A DNA stretch of 64,000 bases, from positions 258,382-322,381 of the forward strand of contig CAVUWG010000007.1 in NCBI GenBank assembly GCA_963745295.1, in the 5' to 3' direction. This DNA is from an uncultured Chloroflexia bacterium. Its GTDB lineage: Bacteria > Chloroflexota > Limnocylindria > Limnocylindrales > CSP1-4. A model generated the notes under the pieces. It was not told the origin of the DNA. It was given only the letters and a program-made list of their open reading frames with translations, and made no database searches. This document shows positions 20,965 through 29,910 of the stretch, one piece after another. The stretch's first letter is position 1. Each line of letters starts with the position of its first letter. Both the position numbers and the translations under genes were made by a program.

Positions 20965-21888
20965 TCAGGCCGTCGCCGGGACCGCCTCGGGGTCGGCGTC
21001 CTCGGCGTCCACCTCGGGTTCCACCGGCCGGCCGAGGGCGCCCCACGTCGCGACCGCGGGATTCGTCGGCGGATCGTCGAGCGGATGGCCCGGGCGGTGC
21101 CGCCACACGAGGATCGCCAGGGACGGGACGATGAAACCGAGCGAGACGACCTGGGCGGTCGGGATCCCGAAGAACATCCAGTTGTCGTTCCGGAACGTCT
21201 CCAGCACGAAGCGCACGACGCCGTACCAGACGAAGAAGGCCAGCAGGATGTCGCCCGGTCGCAGCCGGTCGCGAAGGTGGTAGCCGATCCAGATCAGCAC
21301 GATCGCCCCGAGGACGCCGGAGATCGACTCGTACAGGAAGAGCGGGTGGAAGCGCGTCGTCGCCTCCGGGAATGCCGCGCACGAGTAGACGTCCTGCAAT
21401 CGGTGCGCGCAGTCGATCGGGATGCCCCAGGGCAACGTCGTCGGCGTGCCGTACAGCTCCTGGTTGAACCAGTTCCCCCAACGCGCGATGGCCTGCATCA
21501 CGAACAGGCCCGGCGCGATGATGTCGGCCCAGCGCAGGAACGGGACGCCCTTGTAGCGCGCGTACAGCCAAGCCGCGATCGTGCCCGTGACGATCCCGCC
21601 GTACACGCCCAGACCCGCGTAGGGCGGCAGGAAGATCTTGGTGGGGTCCGCCTTGTACAGCGCGTCCCACTGGTCGATGACGTGGTAGGCCCGGCCACCG
21701 ACGAGCGCGGCCAGCGCCACGACGATCATCCCGTTGCCGAGGATGTCGGGGTCCTCGCCCGCCCGGCGCGCCAGCCGGACCATCACGAGGTACGCCACGG
21801 CCAGCCCGACGGCATACCCGATGCCATACCAGCCGATGGTCAGCGGGCCGAGCTGGAGCGCGGTCGCGTTCGGGATGAAGTCGAGCAT
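20965..21888 (-). CDS. lgt: Prolipoprotein diacylglyceryl transferase
   Basis: 'LGPLTIGWYGIGYAVG...GGRAYHV...LGVYGGI...IARWGNWFNQELYGTPT..PWG' are Lgt signature blocks. Confidence 0.9.
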   Translation of the reverse strand: MLDFIPNATALQLGPLTIGWYGIGYAVGLAVAYLVMVRLARRAGEDPDILGNGMIVVALAALVGGRAYHVIDQWDALYKADPTKIFLPPYAGLGVYGGIVTGTIAAWLYARYKGVPFLRWADIIAPGLFVMQAIARWGNWFNQELYGTPTTLPWGIPIDCAHRLQDVYSCAAFPEATTRFHPLFLYESISGVLGAIVLIWIGYHLRDRLRPGDILLAFFVWYGVVRFVLETFRNDNWMFFGIPTAQVVSLGFIVPSLAILVWRHRPGHPLDDPPTNPAVATWGALGRPVEPEVDAEDADPEAVPATA

Positions 21889-21927
21889 CGGCGGCAGTGT
21901 AGCGGGCGGCTGCCCGTAGCCCGCGCG

Positions 21928-22302
21928 TCAGGCCGCGAAGGGCTCGATGACGAGTCGCCCGAAGGCGACGAATGCGGCGAGCAGACCCAGCACGAGGTTG
22001 ATGGCGATCGCGGCGCGCTCACCGCGACGGGCGTGGAAGATGATCGCGAAGACCATGATGAGCGCGAGGAGCGCCGCGGCCAGCGGAGCGAGCCATGGCA
22101 GGGCGCCGGTCAGCAGCGGGACGAGGACTCCGATCCCACCGAGGATCTCGAGCGTGCCGATGACGCGCAGCCGCTCAGGGCCCACGGCAGCCATCCAGGC
22201 CATCTGCCGCGAGGCCCTGGCGTAGTTCAACGCATGGTTCACACCGGCGAGCACGAAGGCGATCCCGAGCAGGACCTGGGCGATCCAGATGACCGTGTCC
22301 AC
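21928..22302 (-). CDS. DoxX-family membrane protein
   Basis: Four hydrophobic helices: 'VIWIAQVLLGIAFVLAGVNH...IGTLEILGGIGVLVP...ALLALIMVFAIIFHARRGE'. GTG 22302 is preceded by gaggagg. Confidence 0.7.
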   Translation of the reverse strand: MDTVIWIAQVLLGIAFVLAGVNHALNYARASRQMAWMAAVGPERLRVIGTLEILGGIGVLVPLLTGALPWLAPLAAALLALIMVFAIIFHARRGERAAIAINLVLGLLAAFVAFGRLVIEPFAA

Positions 22303-22382
22303 GAAATCGCCTCCTCGACGATGGCTATGCTTGGCTGGAACCGGTAGGATGTACCGGAACACCGTAACATCGGACATCGTGT

Positions 22383-22853
22383 ATGTCTACAGCATCACCG
22401 AAGACAGTAACGGATCCGGTCGAACTCGCCGAGGCGGTCGAGTCATTCCTCGCCGCGTTCATGCACTGGGCGCGCGCCCAGGTGTCGTTGAGCGGCACGA
22501 GCTATTCGCGGATGCGCCTGCTCTACGAGCTCCACTGCGACGGGCCGCAGAAGATGGCCGACCTCGCGGGCGGGCTGGGCGTCACGCCCCGCAACGTCAC
22601 GGCGCTCGTCGATGGGCTGGAGGCGGAGGGTCTCGTCCGGCGCCGCGACCACCCGACCGACCGTCGCGTGACGATCATCGAGCTGACCGGCGACGCCCCC
22701 GATGCGGGCGAGCTGTTCGAGACGTATCGCGCGTCCGTCGCGCGGCTCTTCGAAACGCTCAGCCCGGAGGACCGTGGCGAATACCTTCGCCTGACCCGCC
22801 TCCTTGACGAGCGCTTGCGCGAGGGTGTCGAGCCGGCGGCTCCTGGCGCCTGA
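22383..22853 (+). CDS. MarR-family transcriptional regulator
   Basis: 'RMRLLYELHCDGPQKMADLAGGLGVTPRNVTALVDGLEAEGLVRRRDHPTDRRVTIIELT' is a winged HTH. Divergent from the DoxX gene. Confidence 0.85.
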   Translation: MSTASPKTVTDPVELAEAVESFLAAFMHWARAQVSLSGTSYSRMRLLYELHCDGPQKMADLAGGLGVTPRNVTALVDGLEAEGLVRRRDHPTDRRVTIIELTGDAPDAGELFETYRASVARLFETLSPEDRGEYLRLTRLLDERLREGVEPAAPGA

Positions 22854-22900
22854 GGGCGCCCGGCGGCCCCGTCCGCGCCGCGTCCCTATACTCGGACGCG

Positions 22901-23275
22901 GTGAACGCCGAGTTCAATTGGTGGCTGCTCATCGTCGGGCTCGTCGTCGGGGCCGGGCTGGTCTGGTTCGTGGTCGCCGACTCGCGCCGACGCGACGCCG
23001 ACATCGACGCCGATGAGCGACCGCGCGAGGCCCTCTGGTTGAGCGCGGTCCTTGGCCGTGAAGGCCGGCCGGTCAACCCGGAGACCGTCGACCGCCTGCT
23101 CGAGCTCCACAAGGTCTACCTGGAAAGCCCGCCCCCGGACGAACCGACCCCTCAGGAACCGCCGCTCAGGACCGGATCCGGGGCGACCGTGCCGCCCTCC
23201 AACGAGACGAGGGAGACGCCGAACGTCGCCTCGCCGTCGAGCCCGGCCACCGCGGGCGACGGTCCGACCCAGTAG
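22901..23275 (+). CDS. Hypothetical single-pass membrane protein
   Basis: GTG start. Has the 'WWLLIVGLVVGAGLVWFVV' TM helix and a Pro-rich tail. The 3' 124 nt overlap the convergent anti-sigma gene, so the true end is uncertain. Confidence 0.4.
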   Translation: MNAEFNWWLLIVGLVVGAGLVWFVVADSRRRDADIDADERPREALWLSAVLGREGRPVNPETVDRLLELHKVYLESPPPDEPTPQEPPLRTGSGATVPPSNETRETPNVASPSSPATAGDGPTQ

Positions 23276-23994
23276 GCAAGGCCGCCCCCGAAGAACATCT
23301 TGCCGATCCCCTCTCGATCGCCGTCGACCGCGACCCAGCACCGATACTCCATCCCGGACTCGGGCTCGGTCAGCCCGTCGGCAACGACGACCAGGTCCGT
23401 CGTCGAGGGCGAGAACACGAGGGTGCCACTGACCCCCGCCCCGGACGGACTCGCGAGACCGACCCGGGTGACATCGGGCTCGGCGGTGACCTGCAGGGTG
23501 GCCGTCGTGACCTCGGCGAGCCCCTCGATGGCGGCATCCTGGGCGGCCAACCGGTCGTCCAGGCGCCAGCCGATGATCGCGGTGGTCGCGATCACGGACA
23601 GGACGACCGCAGCGGCGAGCGATGCCACCCATGTGACGACCGGACGCGCGCGACCGGCGGACTGACTCCCCGCGACCGACCCCGCCGCGACCGCGACGGG
23701 CAGCGCGACGGGCGCCTGGCCGGGCGCGACCGCCTCGCCGCGCGGGCGGCCGTGCTGGCGGACGTAGGCGAGCGTCCGGTCGCGCAGGTCGGGCGACGGC
23801 GTGGTCACGACGGTCTCGCGGACCAGCGCCCCAAGGCGCCGGAGCCGGTCGAGCTCGAGCGTGCATTCGGGGCAGCCCGCGAGGTGGCCGGCCACGGCCT
23901 GGGCCGCCGGCGTGTCACCGGCCATCAGCCGATCCAGGCCGTCCGGCTCCACCGTCGCCAGCTCCAGCGCTTCGAGTACCGCGTCGTGATCCAT
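23152..23994 (-). CDS. Anti-sigma factor with ZAS (HxxxCxxC) motif, single TM and extracytoplasmic domain
   Basis: 'GHLAGCPEC' zinc motif, TM 'WVASLAAAVVLSVIATTAII' and an RskA-like C-terminal domain. Lies immediately downstream of the ECF sigma gene. Confidence 0.75.
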   Translation of the reverse strand: MDHDAVLEALELATVEPDGLDRLMAGDTPAAQAVAGHLAGCPECTLELDRLRRLGALVRETVVTTPSPDLRDRTLAYVRQHGRPRGEAVAPGQAPVALPVAVAAGSVAGSQSAGRARPVVTWVASLAAAVVLSVIATTAIIGWRLDDRLAAQDAAIEGLAEVTTATLQVTAEPDVTRVGLASPSGAGVSGTLVFSPSTTDLVVVADGLTEPESGMEYRCWVAVDGDREGIGKMFFGGGLAYWVGPSPAVAGLDGEATFGVSLVSLEGGTVAPDPVLSGGS

Positions 23995-24002
23995 CGTGTC
24001 CT

Positions 24003-24659
24003 TTAGCCGTCTTCGCCGGATCCGGCCGGCACCGCGTGATAGTCGTCGAGGGCCTCGCGCAGGCGTCGCAGGGCCCGCCGGGTCCGTGTCTTGACCGTCC
24101 CGAGCGGCCATCCCAGCCGCTCGGCGATCTCCGTCTGGCTCAGGCCCTCGCGATAGGCGAGGACGATCACCGTGCGTTCCTCGGTCGCCATGCCACCGAG
24201 GGCCCGGGCGATCGAGTCCCTCGTCTCCTTCGAGGCGAGGGCGACCTCCGGGCTGTCCGGAGCGACCGATCCGGCGACGATCGTCCCCGATGACGCAGCC
24301 CGTTCGAGGAGCTGTGTCTCCGAGTCATCGCCGTTCGAGCTCGATGGCGGCGCGACGAACTGCGGCCGGCGGCCGGCCGCCCGAAGGCGATCGACCGTCC
24401 GGTTCCTGGCGATCGTGTGCAGCCATGCCGACAGCGATCCCGCCGCCGGGTTGAAGGTCTCTGCCCGGTCCCAGAGCGCGAGGAAGGTGTCCTGGACCAC
24501 CTCTTCCGCTACCCCACGATCCGATGTCAACCGGGAGGCCGCCGCGAACACCGCATCGCCATGCCGGTCATAGAGGCTCGCCAAGGCATCGAACGACCCG
24601 CTCGCGACCATGCGGACGAGAGCGATGTCGTCTGGGCGGCCGTGACGGTCCTCGTGCAT
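24003..24659 (-). CDS. ECF-type RNA polymerase sigma-70 family factor
   Basis: Region 2 'AEEVVQDTFLALW' and region 4 'VIVLAYREGLSQTEIAERLGWPLGTVKTRTRRAL'. Confidence 0.9.
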   Translation of the reverse strand: MHEDRHGRPDDIALVRMVASGSFDALASLYDRHGDAVFAAASRLTSDRGVAEEVVQDTFLALWDRAETFNPAAGSLSAWLHTIARNRTVDRLRAAGRRPQFVAPPSSSNGDDSETQLLERAASSGTIVAGSVAPDSPEVALASKETRDSIARALGGMATEERTVIVLAYREGLSQTEIAERLGWPLGTVKTRTRRALRRLREALDDYHAVPAGSGEDG

Positions 24660-24661
24660 CC

Positions 24662-25177
24662 CTACGGCTCCCGCGCCTCTCCGGTTTCAGCCGCCGTCGG
24701 GACGAGCCGAAGTGGCCGGTGCTCGAACGCACTCGAGAGGACGATCTCGGTCTGGGTCGTGAACACGTGCGGGGTCGCCTGGAGGCGGACGAGGACCTCC
24801 TCGAGATGGCGCGTGTCGCGTGTCCGGATCTTGAGCAGGTAGTCGGCCTCTCCCGCGATGTGGTGGCATTCCTCGATCTCGTCGATGGCCTCGAACGAGT
24901 CCGTGAGGTCCGCTCCGGCCGAGCCGGGTGCCTGGGTCAGCCAGCAGAACGCGACGATGGGATAGCCCGCGGCCGTCGGATCCACGGCGGCGGCGTAGCC
25001 CGTGATGACCCGTTTCGCCTCGAGCTTCTTGACCCGCTCATGGGCCGACGGGCCGCTGATGCCGACATCGGACCCGAGGTCGGCATACGCCCGCCGGCCG
25101 TCCACCTGGAGTCGCTCCAGGAGTCGGGCGTCGATCGCGTCAATCTTGGGTCGATCGGCCACTGAACCTCTATCCAT
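24662..25177 (-). CDS. Lrp/AsnC-family transcriptional regulator
   Basis: 'IDAIDARLLERLQVDGRRAYADLGSDVGISGPSAHERVKKLE' HTH plus a RAM/ACT-like C-terminal domain. Confidence 0.9.
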   Translation of the reverse strand: MDRGSVADRPKIDAIDARLLERLQVDGRRAYADLGSDVGISGPSAHERVKKLEAKRVITGYAAAVDPTAAGYPIVAFCWLTQAPGSAGADLTDSFEAIDEIEECHHIAGEADYLLKIRTRDTRHLEEVLVRLQATPHVFTTQTEIVLSSAFEHRPLRLVPTAAETGEAREP

Positions 25178-25190
25178 TAGTCATATGCCG

Positions 25191-25219
25191 TTGCAGACAC
25201 ACATCTGTTAGGCTAGAAT
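25191..25219 (+). promoter_or_regulatory. Sigma-70-type promoter candidate TTGCAG-N17-TAGAAT. It lies in an unusually AT-rich lrp-divergent region flanked by two TAGTCATAT boxes (25178-25186 and 25219-25227).
   Basis: Hexamers and the 17-nt spacer were read directly. It points toward the small ORF at 25275. No experimental support. Confidence 0.4.
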
Positions 25220-25274
25220 AGTCATATCGGCCACCTAACGGCCGTCACCAACCTGCAGCGAAGGAGAACACGAG

Positions 25275-25415
25275 ATGATCGTCGCGATCGTCATCGGCCT
25301 CCTGGCGCTGTTCTCGCTGATCAGCTTCCTGCTGGACACCGACGAACCACGCCAGGCCAGCGTCGACCCAGCCAACGAGTACGCCGCGTACCTGATGCGG
25401 TTCAGCGCCCACTGA
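25275..25415 (+). CDS. Unlisted 46-aa membrane micro-protein candidate
   Basis: aaggag at 25261-25266 lies 8 nt before ATG 25275. Product is 'MIVAIVIGLLALFSLISFLLDTDEPRQASVDPANEYAAYLMRFSAH*'. A stem-loop terminator follows. It is below the 60-aa cutoff of the ORF track. Confidence 0.45.
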   Translation: MIVAIVIGLLALFSLISFLLDTDEPRQASVDPANEYAAYLMRFSAH

Positions 25416-25447
25416 GCGTCGCGCACCGCCGATAGCCTAACGCCTAA

Positions 25448-25475
25448 CGAGGTCCCGACCGTCGGGGCCTCGTTT
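25448..25475. terminator. Bidirectional intrinsic-terminator-like hairpin
   Basis: cgaggtcccgac (25448-25459) pairs with gtcggggcctcg (25461-25472), then TTT. Sits between the convergent small ORF and the cupin gene. Confidence 0.5.
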
Positions 25476-25487
25476 CGCGTCCGTCGC

Positions 25488-25811
25488 CTACCACTCGCCC
25501 GCGGCGCGTCGGGCGACTTCGTGCAGTGTGCCCGCCGGGGCGTGCGCCTCCAAACAGGTCACGCCGTCCGGGCCGACCAGGGCGTCGTGCGTCGTCCCCG
25601 CCGGGAGGTCCAGGCGGTCACCGAGGGCGAGGTCCACGGTCGTCCCCGTGCTGGGCAACCCGAACCGGATCGAGCCCCGGGCCACGACGAGGACCTTGTC
25701 GTAGTCGTGGGTGTGGGCTCGGTAGTCGTCGCCGGGGCCGTTCGACCACGGCGCCGGCTGCCAGCCCTCGCCCCGCAGGCGCGCCGTGAGGTCATCGCCG
25801 CCAACGCTCAT
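25488..25811 (-). CDS. Cupin-domain protein
   Basis: 107 aa. 'YRAHTHDYDKVLVVARGSIRF...LDLPAGTTHDALVGPDG' is a cupin metal-site pattern. Confidence 0.7.
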   Translation of the reverse strand: MSVGGDDLTARLRGEGWQPAPWSNGPGDDYRAHTHDYDKVLVVARGSIRFGLPSTGTTVDLALGDRLDLPAGTTHDALVGPDGVTCLEAHAPAGTLHEVARRAAGEW

Positions 25812-25818
25812 CGCCGCC

Positions 25819-27012
25819 CTACCCCGCCGTCGCCACGCCGATGACGCTGCCGATGCCGTAGGTCACGAGCGCCGCGACGAGCCCGATGACGAGCTGTCGC
25901 GTGCCGGAGAAGAGCATGCTCCGGCCGGTCAGCAGGCTCACGGCGGCGCCGACGGCGAACAGGGCACCGAGGCTGATCCCGAGACTGATGAGCGTCACCG
26001 CGGTGCCGCCACCGAACAGGTACGGGATGACGGGCACGGCCGCACCGACCGCGAAGGCGAGGAACGACCCGAACGCCGCCCGGATCGGCGATCCGAGCTG
26101 ATCGGGATCCAGGCCGAGCTCCTCGCGGACGAGCATGTCGAGCGCCGCGACGGGGTCGCGGAAGATGCGATGGGCGACGCGCGTCGCCTCCGCCTCGCTG
26201 AAGCCCTTGGCCCGGTATGCGGCGGCGAGCTCGGCCTCTTCCTCCTCGGGCATCGCCGCCATCTCGGCGCGTTCGAGCGCGATCTGGCGTTCGAACAGCT
26301 CGCGCTGGCTCTGCATCGAGACGTACTCGCCGGCGGCCATGCTGCACGAGCCCGCGACGAGGCCGGCGATGCCCGCGAGGAAGATGAAGCTCGGGTTCTG
26401 CGTGGCCGCGCCGGCGACGCCCATGACCAGGGCAAGGTTGCTGACCAGGCCGTCGCTGACACCGAAGACGACGGCCCGGAACGTGCCGGAGCGCCCGCTG
26501 GTCCGATGCCATGTCTCCACGGCACCGATCTCGGCCGGCGTGGTCGCCCGTCGCGCGATGGCCATCCCGTCGCGACTGTCGGCCGACACCGCGATCGCCG
26601 CGGCCGATCCGTCGTCCACGCGGAGCTGGTCCCAGATGCGGGCGTGCTCGCGCTCGTCGGCGGCGATGGCCACGACCTCGGGCGACGATCCCTGGGCGTC
26701 GTAGGCCTCTTCCTCGTCGCCCTCGAGCGCCTTGACCAGGTCGCTGACGGCCTTCGTCCCGAACACCCGCGCGACGAGGACGATGAACCGCACCCGGGCC
26801 CGCGGTCGCCCGGCCGGGGGCACATCGACCCCGAGCTCGGTGAGCTTCGAGGCCCAGACGTCCGCGTGCCGTCGCTCGTTCGCGGCGATCCGCTCGAACG
26901 CCCCGGCGCGCCGGGGGTCGCTCTCGATCGATGCCAGGGCGTCGTACAGGACGATCGCGTCGCGCTCGAGCTTGAGGTTCTCCAGGCTGGTCTGGACGTC
27001 GATCGGGGCCAT
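25819..27012 (-). CDS. Erythrin-VIT1 fusion (ferritin-like domain + VIT1/CCC1 iron transporter; MbfA-like)
   Basis: N-terminus 'ERDAIVLYDALA...ANERRHADVW...ADEREHARIW' has ExxH di-iron motifs. C-terminus 'AVVFGVSDGLVSNLALVMGVAG...AAGEYVSMQSQRE' is a VIT1 membrane domain. ATG 27012 is in frame. Confidence 0.85.
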   Translation of the reverse strand: MAPIDVQTSLENLKLERDAIVLYDALASIESDPRRAGAFERIAANERRHADVWASKLTELGVDVPPAGRPRARVRFIVLVARVFGTKAVSDLVKALEGDEEEAYDAQGSSPEVVAIAADEREHARIWDQLRVDDGSAAAIAVSADSRDGMAIARRATTPAEIGAVETWHRTSGRSGTFRAVVFGVSDGLVSNLALVMGVAGAATQNPSFIFLAGIAGLVAGSCSMAAGEYVSMQSQRELFERQIALERAEMAAMPEEEEAELAAAYRAKGFSEAEATRVAHRIFRDPVAALDMLVREELGLDPDQLGSPIRAAFGSFLAFAVGAAVPVIPYLFGGGTAVTLISLGISLGALFAVGAAVSLLTGRSMLFSGTRQLVIGLVAALVTYGIGSVIGVATAG

Positions 27013-27083
27013 GTCGCGATGGTAGCGCGGCGCGTCGGCCCGGGGCCCCGTCGGTCGTCTGCCCCGCGTAGACTCGGGCGGCC

Positions 27084-28094
27084 ATGGCGCCCGTCGACGT
27101 CCCACCGCTGCGCTACCTCTCGTCCGGCGACGTGCTCGCGGCGATGCCGTCGCTCGAGGAGCGCCTGACGCTCGCGGAGCGGACGATGACGGCGCTCGTG
27201 TCTGATGCCGAGCTGCCACCGAAGATCGGCGTCCACCCGCGGTCGGAGGGCTCCTTCGCCCACGCGATGCCGGCGCACCTGCGCGGCGCCGACGGTGGCG
27301 GGGCGGACGACCTGCTCGGGATCAAGTGGGTGGCTGGGTTCGGCTCCAACGCCGCGCTCGGCCGGCCGGCGATCAGCGCCCTGGTGGTCCTGAGTGACCC
27401 GACGACCGGCGAGCCCGTGGCGATCCTCGATGGCGGACCGATCACCGCGATGCGCACGGCCGCGGTCTCGGGCGTCGCGATCCGCCGGTTCGCGCCAGCA
27501 GTCCACGGCCGTCCGACCCGGGTGGCCCTGATCGGAGCCGGTGTCCAGGGTCAGAGCCACTTGCCGGTCCTCGGCGCGACCCTGCCGAATCTGGAGCTCG
27601 CGATCAACGACCGGGACCCGGTCCGGGCCGAGGGGCTGGCCGCGCTCGCCCGCGACACCGACGGGATCGCCTCGGTCCGCGTCGCGCCGTCTGCCCGGGA
27701 TGCGGTGGGCGATGCGGACGTCGTGGTGACCGCCGCGTCGTTCACCTCCCCATCCGAGCGCCAGCCGATGACGGGGGACTGGCTCACCGCGGACGCCCTC
27801 ATCGTGGCCGTCGACTACGCCACGTTCGTCGCCGCCGAGGTCGCCCGCGACGCCGCGCTCTTCCTCGTCGACGAGCGCGTCCAGTTCCTCGCGAACCGCG
27901 ACGTCGGCCAGTTCGACGACTATCCGGACCCGACGGCCACCCTCGGTGAGGCGATCCTCGCCGGCACGCCGCGCCCGCCGACCGGTCGCGTGCTCGTCAC
28001 ACACCTGGGCGTCGGCCTCGCCGACGTCATCTTCGGGGCCGCGATCCTGCGCCGGGCGGCCGAGGCCGGCCGTGGCGTGGTCCTGCCGCGATGA
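27084..28094 (+). CDS. Ornithine cyclodeaminase/mu-crystallin family protein
   Basis: 'GIKWVAGF..N...GRPAISALVVLSDPTTGEPVAILDGGPITAMRTAAVSG...ALIGAGVQG' is the OCD/mu-crystallin pattern. Confidence 0.85.
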   Translation: MAPVDVPPLRYLSSGDVLAAMPSLEERLTLAERTMTALVSDAELPPKIGVHPRSEGSFAHAMPAHLRGADGGGADDLLGIKWVAGFGSNAALGRPAISALVVLSDPTTGEPVAILDGGPITAMRTAAVSGVAIRRFAPAVHGRPTRVALIGAGVQGQSHLPVLGATLPNLELAINDRDPVRAEGLAALARDTDGIASVRVAPSARDAVGDADVVVTAASFTSPSERQPMTGDWLTADALIVAVDYATFVAAEVARDAALFLVDERVQFLANRDVGQFDDYPDPTATLGEAILAGTPRPPTGRVLVTHLGVGLADVIFGAAILRRAAEAGRGVVLPR

Positions 28095-29299
28095 CGGAGC
28101 GCGGCGAGGCCCCGTCGCCCGAGGTCGTCGTGATCGGGGCCGGGACCATGGGCGCCTGGACCGCGCTCCACGCCCGGCGGGCGGGCATGGCCACGACCCT
28201 GATCGACGCGTTCGGGGCCGGCAACGCCCGGGCCACCTCGGGCGACGAGACGCGGATCATCCGGGCGTCGCACGGCGACGACCGGCTCTACTCGACGTGG
28301 TCGCGGGCGGCCCAGGCGGCCTGGATCGCGTTCGGGGAGCAGGTCGGCGAGACGATCTTCGTGCCGGCGGGCGTGCTCTGGCTCGCGCACGGCGAGAACG
28401 GCTTCGAGCGCGCATCCGAGACGCTCCTCCGCGACATGGGCGTCCCGGTCGAGCACCTGGGCCCGGCCGACGTCGCCGCGCGCTGGCCGCACATCGCGGC
28501 CGACGACCTGGCCTTCGCCACCTTCGAACCCGAGGCGGGCCTCCTGCTGGCGCGCAAGGGCATCGCGGCGGTCGCCCGCCGGTTCACCGAGGAGGGTGGC
28601 CGGTTCGAGTTCGGCTGGGCGCGGCCGGGCCGCACGAGCGGTCGACGGCTCCTCGAGGTGGTCACGGAGGACGGCCGGGCCTTCACGGCGGACCAGTTCG
28701 TGTTCGCGGCCGGGCCCTGGCTGCCGCGGCTCTTCCCCGGCATCCTCGGCGACGTCATCCGGGTGACCAAGCAGGACGTCGTCTTCGTCGGGCCGGCGCC
28801 AGGCGACGACCGGTTCGATTCCGACCATCTGCCGTGCTGGGTCGACTACGACGCCGCCTTCTACGGGATCCCATCGATCGACGGCAAGGGCATGAAGCTG
28901 GCGCCGGACCGCTACGGGCCGGTGTTCGACCCGACCCACGGCGAACGGATCGTCGACGCCGAGTCGGTCCGCCTGGCCCGCCGGTACGTGGCCCGGCGGT
29001 TCCCGGGGCTCGCCGACGCGCCGGTCGTGGAGTCGCGGGTCTGCCAGTACGAGACGACGCCGGACACGCACTTCGTCATCGACCGCCACCCGGACTTCGA
29101 CAACTGCTGGCTGGTCGGTGGCGGCTCCGGCCATGGCTTCAAGCACGGCCCCTCGATCGGCGAGCACGTCGTCGGGCGGCTGACCGGCCGGCCGGCGAGC
29201 CCGGACGAGGCGCGGTTCGCCCTCGGGCACGAGCGGGTCTCGCGACGCAACCTGCGGACCGGGGCGGACACGATGGTCCAGGGCTGGTCGGACTGGTAG
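28091..29299 (+). CDS. FAD-dependent oxidoreductase (DAO / sarcosine-oxidase-like)
   Basis: 4-nt overlap with the OCD gene. 'VVVIGAGTMGAWTA' dinucleotide fold and 'WLVGGGSGHGFKHGPSIG' C-terminal FAD motif. Confidence 0.85.
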   Translation: MTERGEAPSPEVVVIGAGTMGAWTALHARRAGMATTLIDAFGAGNARATSGDETRIIRASHGDDRLYSTWSRAAQAAWIAFGEQVGETIFVPAGVLWLAHGENGFERASETLLRDMGVPVEHLGPADVAARWPHIAADDLAFATFEPEAGLLLARKGIAAVARRFTEEGGRFEFGWARPGRTSGRRLLEVVTEDGRAFTADQFVFAAGPWLPRLFPGILGDVIRVTKQDVVFVGPAPGDDRFDSDHLPCWVDYDAAFYGIPSIDGKGMKLAPDRYGPVFDPTHGERIVDAESVRLARRYVARRFPGLADAPVVESRVCQYETTPDTHFVIDRHPDFDNCWLVGGGSGHGFKHGPSIGEHVVGRLTGRPASPDEARFALGHERVSRRNLRTGADTMVQGWSDW

Positions 29300-29328
29300 G
29301 GATGCCGCGGGGTGTGCCGGCGGCTGGG

Positions 29329-29910
29329 TCAGCCCTCGCGCAGCTCCCAGTGGAACCGTTCGGCCTGCTCGGCGGGCGACTCGAGCTGGCTGTAGAGACC
29401 GCCGTGGTACAGGAGCGGCGGGGCGTCCTGCGGGTTGAGCCAGACCGACCGGATGAGCGCCACGAAGACCGTGTGCGAGTACGCCTCGTATGAGGTGTCG
29501 ACCTCGCACTCGAGATGGGCGAGCGACCCGCGCAACCGGGGCGTCGCGTCGGCGGTCGGGTCGGGCATGAGCCAGTCGCCGCGCAACCGCTTGTCGCCGC
29601 CCTGGCGGCTGCAGTGCAGCGCGATGGGGCGCTGCCCGATGGACAACAGGTTGACGCCCAGCCAGCGCGCCTCGGCGATCTCGCCGTGGGCACGCGCCTC
29701 CTTGTTGATGCACAGCAGCAGCGATGGCGGCGTGTCGGACAACGAGCACATCGAGGTCGCGGTCATCCCGCACGGCGCACCGGTGCCGTCGACGTAGGTC
29801 ACGACGACGACGGTCGCCGCATGGCGTCGAAACGCCTGGCGGAACAGTTCGGCGCCGGTCAGCGGATCGTCGTCGAGGCCGCGCGTCAGATCGTCGGGCA
29901 TGGCGCTCAT
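29329..29910 (-). CDS. NAD(P)H-flavin reductase component (HpaC-like)
   Basis: 'FRQAFRRHAATVVVVTY...GMTATSMCSLSDTPPSLLLCINK...HTVFVALI' is a flavin_reduct domain. ATGA overlap with the HpaB-like stop. Confidence 0.85.
   Translation of the reverse strand: MSAMPDDLTRGLDDDPLTGAELFRQAFRRHAATVVVVTYVDGTGAPCGMTATSMCSLSDTPPSLLLCINKEARAHGEIAEARWLGVNLLSIGQRPIALHCSRQGGDKRLRGDWLMPDPTADATPRLRGSLAHLECEVDTSYEAYSHTVFVALIRSVWLNPQDAPPLLYHGGLYSQLESPAEQAERFHWELREG

Noticed and set aside
22901-23275. The 124-nt convergent overlap between the hypothetical membrane-protein ORF and the anti-sigma gene as a regulatory antisense pair.
   Set aside because: The distal part of the 22901 ORF is Pro/Ser/Thr-rich and unsupported. 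The overlap probably reflects the lack of an early stop codon in GC-rich sequence rather than biology.
25235-25426. The 63-aa minus-strand ORF listed in the track.
   Set aside because: It has no RBS and a low-complexity product. It is antisense to a plus-strand 46-codon ORF that has a strong AAGGAG RBS, a clean TM helix and a terminator, so the plus-strand peptide is the better candidate.
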